Source: Candidatus Buchananbacteria bacterium (GTDB taxonomy: Bacteria; Patescibacteriota; Patescibacteriia; 2-01-FULL-39-33). Taken from it: DNA of 63,038 nt. The stretch's first letter is position 1. Every line of letters starts with the position of its first letter. The stretch spans positions 1 through 63,038 of the forward strand of contig JBAYFY010000005.1 of assembly GCA_041666945.1 (NCBI GenBank), written 5' to 3'. The position numbers and the translations under genes were made by a program. The notes beneath the pieces were generated by a model. It was not told the origin of the DNA and did no database searches. It saw only the letters and a list, made by a program, of their open reading frames with translations. Shown piece by piece: positions 46,538-55,095 of this stretch.

Positions 46538-46710
46538 TAGACTTCCTCCTTTCCTGTGTTGTTTATGGTTTAAGGAACCAGTCGCATTAGCGACCATTGG
46601 CCACATAGCCAATGATTTAGGTTATCATACGCTTGATAATTTTGTCAAGGCCAATTTATCTATAAGTAAATAACTTATCTAATCTTAGGTAATTTATTAA
46701 ATCAGTCATC

Positions 46711-46755
46711 GATTCCATCCAATCAATTCTTCCAAAATCACTCCGTAAACCACGC
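46711..46755 (+). repeat. cassette-boundary repeat R4
   Basis: gattccatccaatcaattcttccaaaatcactccgtaaaccacgc. Confidence 0.75.
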
Positions 46756-46765
46756 ATATAAAAAA

Positions 46766-46802
46766 GAAAAACTCCGTAAGACATAATGCTCGCGGAGTTT
46801 TA
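46766..46802 (-). terminator. intrinsic terminator after 46813..47874
   Basis: actccg/cggagt stem followed by a T-run on the minus strand. Confidence 0.6.
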
Positions 46803-46812
46803 TTTAGTTCAT

Positions 46813-47874
46813 TCAGAGTTTAGTTGCGATAACCGTAGAGGCAGGAAATAAACTGCCATTATCCGCCTCGTGCGCGCCGCTACCAGCGTTATCGTATGAT
46901 GTGCTATTAATGGAGAGTTTGATTGCCCCCGCACTTTCTAAATCCTTGAGATATTCATATGCTTTTTTCATTCTTTGCTTTACATCTCCTCTATCGTGAT
47001 TACATGATCTCTCGGAGGAGAAGAAGACATCCAAGACGCCGCCCGTCGATAGAGCCCCGATACAACCACGGATAACCAAATCACTGAAAGCAACGTACCT
47101 GGTGGCCACATTAGAAAAAATATAATCAATTTTTCCTTGTAACGCCAGCGGCATTCTTTCCAAGAAACATACAACCTGAAAATCAACGTCATAGCAGCCG
47201 TATTCTTCATCCCTGGTAGCATTATAGGTGATTAGCTCAGGATGGAGTATCTTGGCATCATGTAATGCAGTGCCCACTCCCCCGCCAAGATCCAAAATAT
47301 TCAGTTCATGTCTTCCAGTATTTTCTTGGATTCTTCTGATGACTTGAGTGAATTTCTTAGCGGAACTGAACTTATCATAATCCTTGAGTGGACGGTAGCC
47401 CATTTTAGAAATTGGCGATGATTTCAATCTACGGGTCCAATAAACCTCTAGATTTTCAGGATCGCTTAAGAAGGCGATTTTTTCCTCTGGAGTCATTGGC
47501 TTGAGATTCTTCGGGATTACTGTCCGAGGGCTCACTGAAAGCAAACTTAGGCCATTTCGCCCGTTAACATCAGATACCAAAAAACACTCCGTTGATAAAA
47601 ATTCTCTACTGTAACCTTTATTCAGATCGTGCAGTAAGCACTCTATCATATCTGCTTTTAGAAAATCTTCCTCGGCGTTAGTTAGGGCAACCAAGGGATC
47701 AAAAGAGAAATACCGCTGATTAACTAAATTGGCAATTTCTTCTTTTGAAAAAAGTTCTTTTCTTCCAGCCAACACCGCCCTGGCCATTTTTTTTATCGGA
47801 TTATTATTATCAGTAGCGTATTCCTTACCCGGAATAATACCTGCGGTTGTGCCTGCTGTCGGTAGTTGATTCAT
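46813..47874 (-). CDS. class I SAM-dependent methyltransferase domain protein
   Basis: 353 aa with motif I ILDLGGGVGTAL and SD AAGGAG. Confidence 0.7.
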   Translation of the reverse strand: MNQLPTAGTTAGIIPGKEYATDNNNPIKKMARAVLAGRKELFSKEEIANLVNQRYFSFDPLVALTNAEEDFLKADMIECLLHDLNKGYSREFLSTECFLVSDVNGRNGLSLLSVSPRTVIPKNLKPMTPEEKIAFLSDPENLEVYWTRRLKSSPISKMGYRPLKDYDKFSSAKKFTQVIRRIQENTGRHELNILDLGGGVGTALHDAKILHPELITYNATRDEEYGCYDVDFQVVCFLERMPLALQGKIDYIFSNVATRYVAFSDLVIRGCIGALSTGGVLDVFFSSERSCNHDRGDVKQRMKKAYEYLKDLESAGAIKLSINSTSYDNAGSGAHEADNGSLFPASTVIATKL

Positions 47875-48067
47875 TATTATTTCTCCTTTATCCTTGTTTG
47901 GCTTAAATTCCTAATTTTAAACCCGGAATATTTTGTTAATGTTCTGTTTGTTTGACTTATTACCCTAACAAATAATCATTTTTTTGTCAATATTTTTATT
48001 CAATCATTTGTTTTATTTTACTTTAAATTAGCCAAATTTAGACAGAATTATCTAAATTTTAATGAAA

Positions 48068-48111
48068 GCTCCACTCAATCCATTTTTCCAAAATCACCTC
48101 GTAAGCTCCGC
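48068..48111 (+). repeat. cassette-boundary repeat R5
   Basis: gctccactcaatccatttttccaaaatcacctcgtaagctccgc. Confidence 0.75.
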
Positions 48112-48225
48112 TTGCGCGTGTTACAGTAGTATTTTTATCTATTAAAACAAGTGTTTGAATTGAGATGTTTTTATGGATAATTATAAAAATTAGCTATTTA
48201 ATGTATAATACCAATAGATAAATTT

Positions 48226-50262
48226 ATGGGCCACAATCATCATAAATACGAACAAACAAGTCATTTTTCGTCCATGACGAAGATGAAGCATAATAACGGT
48301 CGGGAAGATTATGACAAACATGCCGGCCATTCCATTGAAAATTTCAAAAGAAAATTTTACATTTCTTTGATTTTGACTTTACCGATTTTACTTCTCTCCC
48401 CTTTCATTCAAAACATCTTGCATATCTCTTTCAGATTTTACGGTGATCAGGCAATCTTATTTTTGCTCTCCTCGTTTATTTTTTTATTTGGCGGCAGCCC
48501 CTTTCTTATCGGCGCGATGAAAGAGATCAAGCATAAGGCGTTGGGGATGATGACGCTTATCTCTCTGGCCATTAGCGTGGCATACTTTTACAGTTCAGCG
48601 GTAATTTTGGGACTTAAGGGCGAAGTATTCTTTTGGGAACTGGCAACCTTGATTGACATTATGCTTTTGGGACATTGGCTGGAAATGGAGTCGGTAATGG
48701 GAGCTTCGCAAGCTTTAAAAAAATTGTCCCAACTTATTCCCGATAAAGCCCACCTTAAAAGAAACAACGAAATAACCGATATTGATGTCAAAGAACTTAA
48801 CAAAGGGGACGTATTCTTGGTAAAACCGGGTGAAAAAATCCCAACCGATGGAGTGGTGATAAAAGGAGAAAGTTTTATTAATGAATCAATGCTTACGGGC
48901 GAAGCAAAACCGGCTTTGAAAGAAATAAATTCTAAAGTTATCGGCGGATCTATCAACGAGGAGGGTTCGTTGGAAATACGCGTAGAAGCGTCGGGCGATG
49001 AAACCTATCTTTCCAAAATAATAAAATTAGTTAAGGATGCCCAAAGCTCAAAATCCGAAACGCAGCTTTTGGCTGATCAAGCGGCGTCTTGGCTAACTCT
49101 CGCCGCCCTTGCTGTCGGAGCAATAACATTCGTAATCTGGCTGGTTTTAGGCAAAGACGTCGCCTTCGCCATTGAACGAACGGCCACTGTCCTTATTATC
49201 GCCTGTCCTCACGCTTTAGGACTGGCAGTTCCCTTGGTAGTGGCAATCTCCACCACGCTTGCCGCTCAAGCCGGGCTTCTCATTAGGAACAGAACCGCCT
49301 TTGAAAACGCAAGAAAGATTACAACGGTAATTTTTGATAAAACGGGAACATTGACGAAGGGAACTTTTAGCGTAAAAGAAATACATGTCTTGGATAATAA
49401 TTATGACGAAAATGGAATTTTGCAAATAGCCGAAGCTTTGGAAAGAAACTCGGAACATCCGATTGCCAGGGCGATATTGATGGAAGCTGAAAAAAGAAAA
49501 ATCAAAAAAAAGGAAGCAGTTAGTTTTAAAGCAATAAAAGGCAAGGGCGTAGAAGCCGTAATGGAAAATAAAAAAATAATAATTTCCAGCCCCGGGTATT
49601 TGAAAGAGTTAAGATTAACTGTGCCGGATATATCAGATCAAACAGAAGGAACGTTGATATTCATAGTAGTTGAAAATAATGGATTGGCTCTGATTGGGGC
49701 CATAAATCTTTCCGACACAATTAGGGATGAGTCGTATGATGCCATTGAACTGTTAAGAAAAGAAGGGATTAAGATGTGGATGTTGACGGGGGATAATGAA
49801 AGTTCTGCCAAAAGCGTATCCAACGAATTGAAATTGGATGGATATTTTGCCAACGTTCTGCCGCATCAAAAACAAGAAAAAGTCAAAGAACTACAAGCTA
49901 AGGGAGAATATGTGGCTATGGTGGGAGATGGGATAAACGACGCTCCGGCATTGGCTCAGGCGAATGTGGGGATTGCTATCGGCAGTGGAACGGATATTGC
50001 CGCAGAAACTTCAGATATAATCTTAATCAACAATAATCCTAAAGATATCGCCACGCTGATTATTTTTGGCAAGGCGACTTATGAAAAAATGGTGCAAAAT
50101 TTGGTTTGGGCAACCGGATATAATATAGTGGCGATCCCCTTGGCGACAGGAATTTTAGCGGGCTTAGGAATCCTGCTTTCGCCGGCTTTGGGAGCTGTTT
50201 TTATGTCATTAAGCACTGTGATTGTTGCAGTAAATGCCAAAATGTTAAAAATCAAAAAATAA
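48226..50262 (+). CDS. copB: P1B-type heavy-metal (copper) transporting ATPase, CopB-like
   Basis: 678 aa with a His-rich N-terminus MGHNHHKYE..H, the CPH motif (IACPHALG), DKTGTLT and GDGINDAP. Confidence 0.85.
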   Translation: MGHNHHKYEQTSHFSSMTKMKHNNGREDYDKHAGHSIENFKRKFYISLILTLPILLLSPFIQNILHISFRFYGDQAILFLLSSFIFLFGGSPFLIGAMKEIKHKALGMMTLISLAISVAYFYSSAVILGLKGEVFFWELATLIDIMLLGHWLEMESVMGASQALKKLSQLIPDKAHLKRNNEITDIDVKELNKGDVFLVKPGEKIPTDGVVIKGESFINESMLTGEAKPALKEINSKVIGGSINEEGSLEIRVEASGDETYLSKIIKLVKDAQSSKSETQLLADQAASWLTLAALAVGAITFVIWLVLGKDVAFAIERTATVLIIACPHALGLAVPLVVAISTTLAAQAGLLIRNRTAFENARKITTVIFDKTGTLTKGTFSVKEIHVLDNNYDENGILQIAEALERNSEHPIARAILMEAEKRKIKKKEAVSFKAIKGKGVEAVMENKKIIISSPGYLKELRLTVPDISDQTEGTLIFIVVENNGLALIGAINLSDTIRDESYDAIELLRKEGIKMWMLTGDNESSAKSVSNELKLDGYFANVLPHQKQEKVKELQAKGEYVAMVGDGINDAPALAQANVGIAIGSGTDIAAETSDIILINNNPKDIATLIIFGKATYEKMVQNLVWATGYNIVAIPLATGILAGLGILLSPALGAVFMSLSTVIVAVNAKMLKIKK

Positions 50263-50311
50263 TAGTCGGTGGACAACTCAAATATTGAATAATAACATAG
50301 TCCAAACAAAA

Positions 50312-50338
50312 AACGCCGAGAGCCCTTGCTCCCGGCGT
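50312..50338. repeat. terminator-hairpin module T5 (same family as T1-T4)
   Basis: aacgccgagag/ctcccggcgt. The A-run lies on the plus-strand 5' side, so it is oriented like the minus-strand copies although it follows plus-strand copB. Confidence 0.5.
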
Positions 50339-50445
50339 ATATGTTCGTTAGAGACGGATCGCGCTTACTAATGCGCGACTATTCATTTATATTAAAAGCG
50401 CGCTTTGTTATAATGAAGTTAATCTCGCCGCAAGCGGCGAGAGTA

Positions 50446-50465
50446 CCTGCCTGCCGGCAGGCAGG
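50446..50465. repeat. GC-rich 20-bp palindrome CCTGCCTGCCGGCAGGCAGG
   Basis: Perfect palindrome, the fourth full copy in the window. Confidence 0.8.
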
Positions 50466-50507
50466 GTTGAGATACTTCCAATAAAAACACGATTAACATA
50501 ATAAAAT

Positions 50508-51134
50508 ATGAATCGCCGAGGAAAATTTGTTTTATTGAATCGGGATGAATTCAAGGACTGGTTGTTTTCCGCTAACATTAAAAGACGGATCAAACTGATC
50601 CAGAATCATCACACTTGGCTTCCGGATTATTCCCGCTTTAAAGGAGACAATCATTTTCAATTGCTGGAAGCAATGGACAGATCCCACGTTAGTCGCCGGC
50701 TGGGCGGCATCGCCCAGAACATAACCACTTTCAGCGACGGTTTGATTGCGCTCTGCCGTTCTTTTGAGCGGACGCCGGCCGGAATTAAGGGCGCGAATCA
50801 GGGGGCCGTCTGCCTGGAAAACTTAGGCAATTTTGATTTGGGTGGAGACGAAATGTCCGATGAACACAGACAAACCATAATTTTCGTCAACGCCGCGCTC
50901 TGCCGTAAATTCAACCTTCCGCCCGATACCGATTCCATCGTTTACCATTATTGGTATGATTTAAAAACAGCCGAAAGAATGAACGGATCGGGATCAACCA
51001 AAAGCTGTCCGGGAACGAATTTTTTCGGCGGCAACTCGGTTGAATCAGCTGAAGAAAATTTTATCCCTTTGGTTCGGACTGAATTAGGCAAGCTCGGTGG
51101 TGTTGCCGACCCCAAAGCAATTGGTTTATATTAA
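50508..51134 (+). CDS. N-acetylmuramoyl-L-alanine amidase (Amidase_2/PGRP-type)
   Basis: 208 aa with ..IQNHHTW.., ..CLENLGNFD.., ..VYHYWYD...KSCPGTNFF. Confidence 0.7.
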   Translation: MNRRGKFVLLNRDEFKDWLFSANIKRRIKLIQNHHTWLPDYSRFKGDNHFQLLEAMDRSHVSRRLGGIAQNITTFSDGLIALCRSFERTPAGIKGANQGAVCLENLGNFDLGGDEMSDEHRQTIIFVNAALCRKFNLPPDTDSIVYHYWYDLKTAERMNGSGSTKSCPGTNFFGGNSVESAEENFIPLVRTELGKLGGVADPKAIGLY

Positions 51135-51224
51135 TATCGGCTGTATTTTTACGAGATATAAATAAAAGCCGTCGGGTCAATGCGACCGGACGGCTTTCTC
51201 AATGTTCTTTATTTAATGATTATG

Positions 51225-51758
51225 TCACTTAATGATTATGGCAAACCGGAAATCGTTTTCAACGGTTGCGTTGTCGGGTATGGCTTTTTTTTCATACCCC
51301 CTCTTTGTAACCGTCGCGTATTTACCGTCCTCCTTACCGCCAATAATAACTAAATCATCTTCGTCTTTCAACAGGTCGGGATTTTCCGACCAGAATTTGT
51401 ATAATTCTTGGTGGGTTGCCAGGCGGCAACCGTTCGGCAGGCCGGTATCTAAGTCGGAGAATAATTTAGTCGTCAAGCCATGAAAATTAATTGGGATTCG
51501 GTCGTTGTTCGCGTCACTTATCCAAACTGTACTTCTTAATTTTCCGGCTCTAACCACGACTTCCGCGACACGCCGCAAAATTTTTTCATCTCTCAAGAGA
51601 CAAAAATATTCGTCTCTGCCACCTTGTGTTCTGATTTGGTGGAGCAGATTTGCCGCGATCTTTAAGATCTCGGACCCACATCCACAGGCATGGATTAAAC
51701 CTCCGTTACTCATCTTATTTTCCCTTTCTTTTTTTGGCTTACTTTCTATCAGCGTCAC
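51225..51758 (-). CDS. hypothetical protein
   Basis: 177-aa ORF. A possible alternative start is MSNGG at 51713. Confidence 0.45.
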   Translation of the reverse strand: MTLIESKPKKERENKMSNGGLIHACGCGSEILKIAANLLHQIRTQGGRDEYFCLLRDEKILRRVAEVVVRAGKLRSTVWISDANNDRIPINFHGLTTKLFSDLDTGLPNGCRLATHQELYKFWSENPDLLKDEDDLVIIGGKEDGKYATVTKRGYEKKAIPDNATVENDFRFAIIIK

Positions 51759-51868
51759 AAGACACTGATTATAAGCTTACCAACCTAAAGAACCATAGAT
51801 GCATGATCATATCGTAAAAGAAATTTCTTGTCAATAGGCGATTGCCGGCTATTGCTGAATGAGGCGTT

Positions 51869-52213
51869 TTACGAAGTCCTTTTCTTTTTCAACGGCCAAG
51901 GCATTTTAATCAGGACAAAGCCGATAAAAGCGATCAGAAGACCCAGCCAGTTCACCAGCGAAGGATCGCGGGTCCGGTCCAAAAAAGAAATAGTGATAAG
52001 CTCGGCGGCGGTCAAGGAAACGACAAAAAGCAATTCGTCAAAAATAAGATTTTTTGAATATTTGCTGATAAACGGCCAAAGCGGCGCAATATTGATGATT
52101 ATCAGGCCGAGAAAGAATCCCCAGCTTTGAGTCAAACTGCTATGCAGGGAAAAATAACTCATGGCCATGCCGTCAATTATCGTCAGCGGTATCAGCAGCC
52201 CGTAAACAATCAT
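51869..52213 (-). CDS. small 4-TM DMT/EamA-half-like membrane protein
   Basis: 114 aa, ending ..NWLGLLIAFIGFVLIK... Paired with the similar upstream gene. Confidence 0.55.
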   Translation of the reverse strand: MIVYGLLIPLTIIDGMAMSYFSLHSSLTQSWGFFLGLIIINIAPLWPFISKYSKNLIFDELLFVVSLTAAELITISFLDRTRDPSLVNWLGLLIAFIGFVLIKMPWPLKKKRTS

Positions 52214-52223
52214 TTTTTCCTCC

Positions 52224-52550
52224 TTAGAGCTTCATCAGCAGGAAACCGATGATCACGATTGCCACACCCAGCCAATTATGGCGTTTGAATTGAACGGCCA
52301 TACCCAGCGTCACTAAGGTTAACGTCAGAGTCAGGGCCATAATGGTGTCATAAAGCAACATGTCAAAAGCCAAATTTTTGGAGTCGGGGGCGACAAACGC
52401 CCAAAGCGGTATCAGATTAAGAACGATCATCACCATTAACAGTTTTTTGTTTTTGGCCTCATTATTTTTTTTGGAAAAGTAGGCGGTGATTGCGTAGAAA
52501 ATTATTTCTGCCGGTATCCAGATCAGATAAGTGATGGTGGTAGGAAACAT
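52224..52550 (-). CDS. small 4-TM DMT/EamA-half-like membrane protein
   Basis: 108 aa, ending ..NWLGVAIVIIGFLLMKL. Paired-gene arrangement like ArnE/ArnF-type half transporters. Confidence 0.55.
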   Translation of the reverse strand: MFPTTITYLIWIPAEIIFYAITAYFSKKNNEAKNKKLLMVMIVLNLIPLWAFVAPDSKNLAFDMLLYDTIMALTLTLTLVTLGMAVQFKRHNWLGVAIVIIGFLLMKL

Positions 52551-52687
52551 CTTAAACCTCCTTTAGTTGGAAAGAGCTTCAAAACAGCTTAGCGCAAATC
52601 GGTCTTTATGTCAATATGTCAATCTGATTAAAAAATCCGCTGCCAGTGGCAACGGATGATGGACAAATAATATGTAAACTCCCTGTT

Positions 52688-53743
52688 TCAGTCGGCACGC
52701 TTTAAGGCATTGATTCTTTTTGTCATATAATCGGAAAAGAACTCAAAAAAAGCTTCTTCGGAGGTGAAAACTTCGGTGGCGATATCCATAAACGGGCTGG
52801 TGTTTCCTTCAGGATAGATTACGAAAACATTCTTGCCGGTTTCAAAGCCCCTGGTGCATTCGTCGCTGACGCCCTTGGACAAAGTCGTTCCCGGGGGATA
52901 GTAAGCGACCTGATCGGAGGCCTCTGGGATATACCAATTCAAATCGCGATGAACCGTATGCCGGCGAATAACCAGCTCTTCTTGAGCGGAAAGACCGGCG
53001 CCCGACTCCATGTCAATCATTCTCGGATCAATCAGCGGCGTCGGCAAGCCGGTCAAGCGCCGGCCGAGCATGACAAGTTTTTCTTTAAACGCCGTGATCG
53101 CTCTATCCGCTTCGGAACTGGCATTGGTCATAGGCATCTGGAAATAAATCAAAAAAGCGCTGGCCAATAAACTTTCAATAATCAGCGGATCTTGTTTGCC
53201 GGGCAGAATATAATGCGGTTTGCCGAGATTGGAAGCCAATCCTTCAACCGTGTTCACTCCCACGTTCTGCCAGAGCGACAAATCGCGCAAACTGTGGTTT
53301 TGAGCCCGTCCTTGCGGCGTAGCCGTTTGCCGTTCCCTGATCGCTGACGGTTTTTCAATTAGCGTGATAAACAGATCGGGATTGAGTTTAGACAGGTGGC
53401 GCCAACTGTAAGCGTTAGTAAATATGTCATTCCAGAAGAATTGAGCGTGCATGTCAATGATCAGCCGGTCGTATTCTTCCTGGTCGCGGACAACCATGGC
53501 TAAAACCGAGTCAAACACCCTGTCTCCCAAAGCGCCCAGTAATTCCGGATTAAGATTAAGCAGATTTTCCGCCATTACCGGCGGTTTTTTCGGCGTCTCT
53601 TGGGCCAGTGCCAATAACATATCGCTTAGATGGTAACCTTTGTTTTCCAACCGGTTGAGATCGGCCTCAATATATTTGGCGCAAAATTCCTTGCTGCCGC
53701 CGCCAGGTATTCCCGCAACCACTATCTTCTTGCTTTTCGGCAT
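52688..53743 (-). CDS. hypothetical two-part protein (variant P-loop-like N-terminus GIPGGGSKE)
   Basis: 351-aa ORF. The motif match is weak and no confident family was recognised. Confidence 0.45.
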   Translation of the reverse strand: MPKSKKIVVAGIPGGGSKEFCAKYIEADLNRLENKGYHLSDMLLALAQETPKKPPVMAENLLNLNPELLGALGDRVFDSVLAMVVRDQEEYDRLIIDMHAQFFWNDIFTNAYSWRHLSKLNPDLFITLIEKPSAIRERQTATPQGRAQNHSLRDLSLWQNVGVNTVEGLASNLGKPHYILPGKQDPLIIESLLASAFLIYFQMPMTNASSEADRAITAFKEKLVMLGRRLTGLPTPLIDPRMIDMESGAGLSAQEELVIRRHTVHRDLNWYIPEASDQVAYYPPGTTLSKGVSDECTRGFETGKNVFVIYPEGNTSPFMDIATEVFTSEEAFFEFFSDYMTKRINALKRAD

Positions 53744-53815
53744 GTTTTTTCTCCTTTTTTCGTTGTAATGTTCAATAAGCTTTACTTGCCTTTTTTATCA
53801 TATTTTATGCAGCGT

Positions 53816-53853
53816 GTCAATTGATTTTTCCAAAGAAGACGCCGTAATGCCTC
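53816..53853 (+). repeat. diverged cassette-boundary repeat R6
   Basis: gtcaattgatttttccaaagaagacgccgtaatgcctc. Confidence 0.5.
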
Positions 53854-53864
53854 AATAAGCGCGG

Positions 53865-54800
53865 CTATAAGCCGAATCTTTCCGCTAATTTTTTTCTGGC
53901 ATTGTCCACAAACCAGACAATAGTGTTTCTCAATCCCTCGTCAATGCCAATCAGCGGTTCCCAACCGATTAATTCGCGAGCGCGGGAGATATCGGCTAAA
54001 GTATCATGCGGCTCAACTCTGGGCGGCAGATATTCGGCTACGCCGCCGATTTTTTGCGCGATGTCGTTGACCGAGTAATTTTGTCCTCCGCCGATGTTGA
54101 GCACTTCGCCTTGGCCGACGCGGTCGCTTTGCGCCGCTAAAACATTGGCGCGGACAATGTCGCCGACATAAGTGAAGTCGCGCGTTTGCGTGCCGTCACC
54201 GGTGATGGTCATGTTTTTGCCGTCGCGTTTCTGTTGCAAGAAAACGGCGATGACCGTAACGTAACCGCCGGACATGGCCAGGCGCGGGCCGTAAGCGTTG
54301 AAGTATCTTAAAGAGACGGTCGGCAAACCGTAGAGCAAAGAAAAATTTCTGGCGTAATGTTCGCCGACGTATTTCTGAACGGCATAAGGGCTGATGGGCG
54401 AAGGCAGCATGGTTTCTTTCAGCGGCATCGCTTCCTGATTGCCGTAAGCGGAGGAGGAAGCGGAATAAACAAGTTTTTTTATTTTGGCTTCGCGCGCCGC
54501 GGTTAAGACGTTAAGCGTGCCGTTTATATTGATGTCGTGCGAAGTGAGGGGATCTTCAATGGATAGCTGGACGCGAGGCAGGGCGGCCAGATGGAAGACC
54601 CAGTCCTGGCCGGCGAAAGCGGGACGGATAGCTTCTAAATTCCTGATATCGGCTTCAATCAGTTGGGCGGCCGGATTAATGTTTTCTTTCAGGCCGGTAG
54701 AGAGATTATCCAGAACGGTTACCTCGTGCCCCTGGTTGACCAATTCGTCAACTAAATTTGAACCAATGAATCCGGCGCCGCCGGTGACTAAGCATTTCAT
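53865..54800 (-). CDS. NAD-dependent nucleotide-sugar epimerase/dehydratase (SDR family)
   Basis: 311 aa with MKCLVTGGAGFIGSNLV and YxxxK context ..SPYAVQKY... Confidence 0.9.
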   Translation of the reverse strand: MKCLVTGGAGFIGSNLVDELVNQGHEVTVLDNLSTGLKENINPAAQLIEADIRNLEAIRPAFAGQDWVFHLAALPRVQLSIEDPLTSHDININGTLNVLTAAREAKIKKLVYSASSSAYGNQEAMPLKETMLPSPISPYAVQKYVGEHYARNFSLLYGLPTVSLRYFNAYGPRLAMSGGYVTVIAVFLQQKRDGKNMTITGDGTQTRDFTYVGDIVRANVLAAQSDRVGQGEVLNIGGGQNYSVNDIAQKIGGVAEYLPPRVEPHDTLADISRARELIGWEPLIGIDEGLRNTIVWFVDNARKKLAERFGL

Positions 54801-54829
54801 AAGTTTAAGGATTAACTGTTAATTTTATT

Positions 54830-54858
54830 ATCTTAGTACTATTTAGGGGCTGTGACAA
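54830..54858 (-). promoter_or_regulatory. promoter for the epimerase gene
   Basis: Minus strand TTGTCA (54858-54853), N17, TAAGAT (54835-54830). Confidence 0.45.
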
Positions 54859-54874
54859 GATTTTAAGGCAATTA

Positions 54875-54888
54875 ATCTAAATTTAGAT
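54875..54888. promoter_or_regulatory. perfect 14-bp palindrome ATCTAAATTTAGAT between divergent promoters
   Basis: It shares the CTAAATTTAG core with the TTGGCTAAATTTAGCCAA family. Confidence 0.45.
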
Positions 54889-54946
54889 GATTTTATCTTG
54901 ATTTTTAAGATTTTAATGATCAACCCGTTATACTTGACAGGAAAAC

Positions 54947-54975
54947 TTGACAAGAAGCGGCTGGCTTGGTAAGTT
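54947..54975 (+). promoter_or_regulatory. promoter for the Ubl-conjugation operon
   Basis: TTGACA (54947-54952), N17, TAAGTT (54970-54975). A second TTGACA..GTAAGTTAA arrangement lies at 55025-55057, and extra ACTTGAC repeats lie around it. Confidence 0.45.
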
Positions 54976-55095
54976 AATAAGTCAAGTTTTCCGATTTTTA
55001 AAGTCGTGGGCTTGGTACTGAACTTTGACAAAAGAATAAAAAAGCATTGTAAGTTAAAAGTAGGATGATCATAAAAAACATAAGAGGAGGAAAAA

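Noticed and set aside
40847-48111. The R repeats considered as a CRISPR array
   Set aside because: The spacing is 1-3 kb and contains full genes with promoters and terminators. The repeats are imperfect, and there are no cas genes.
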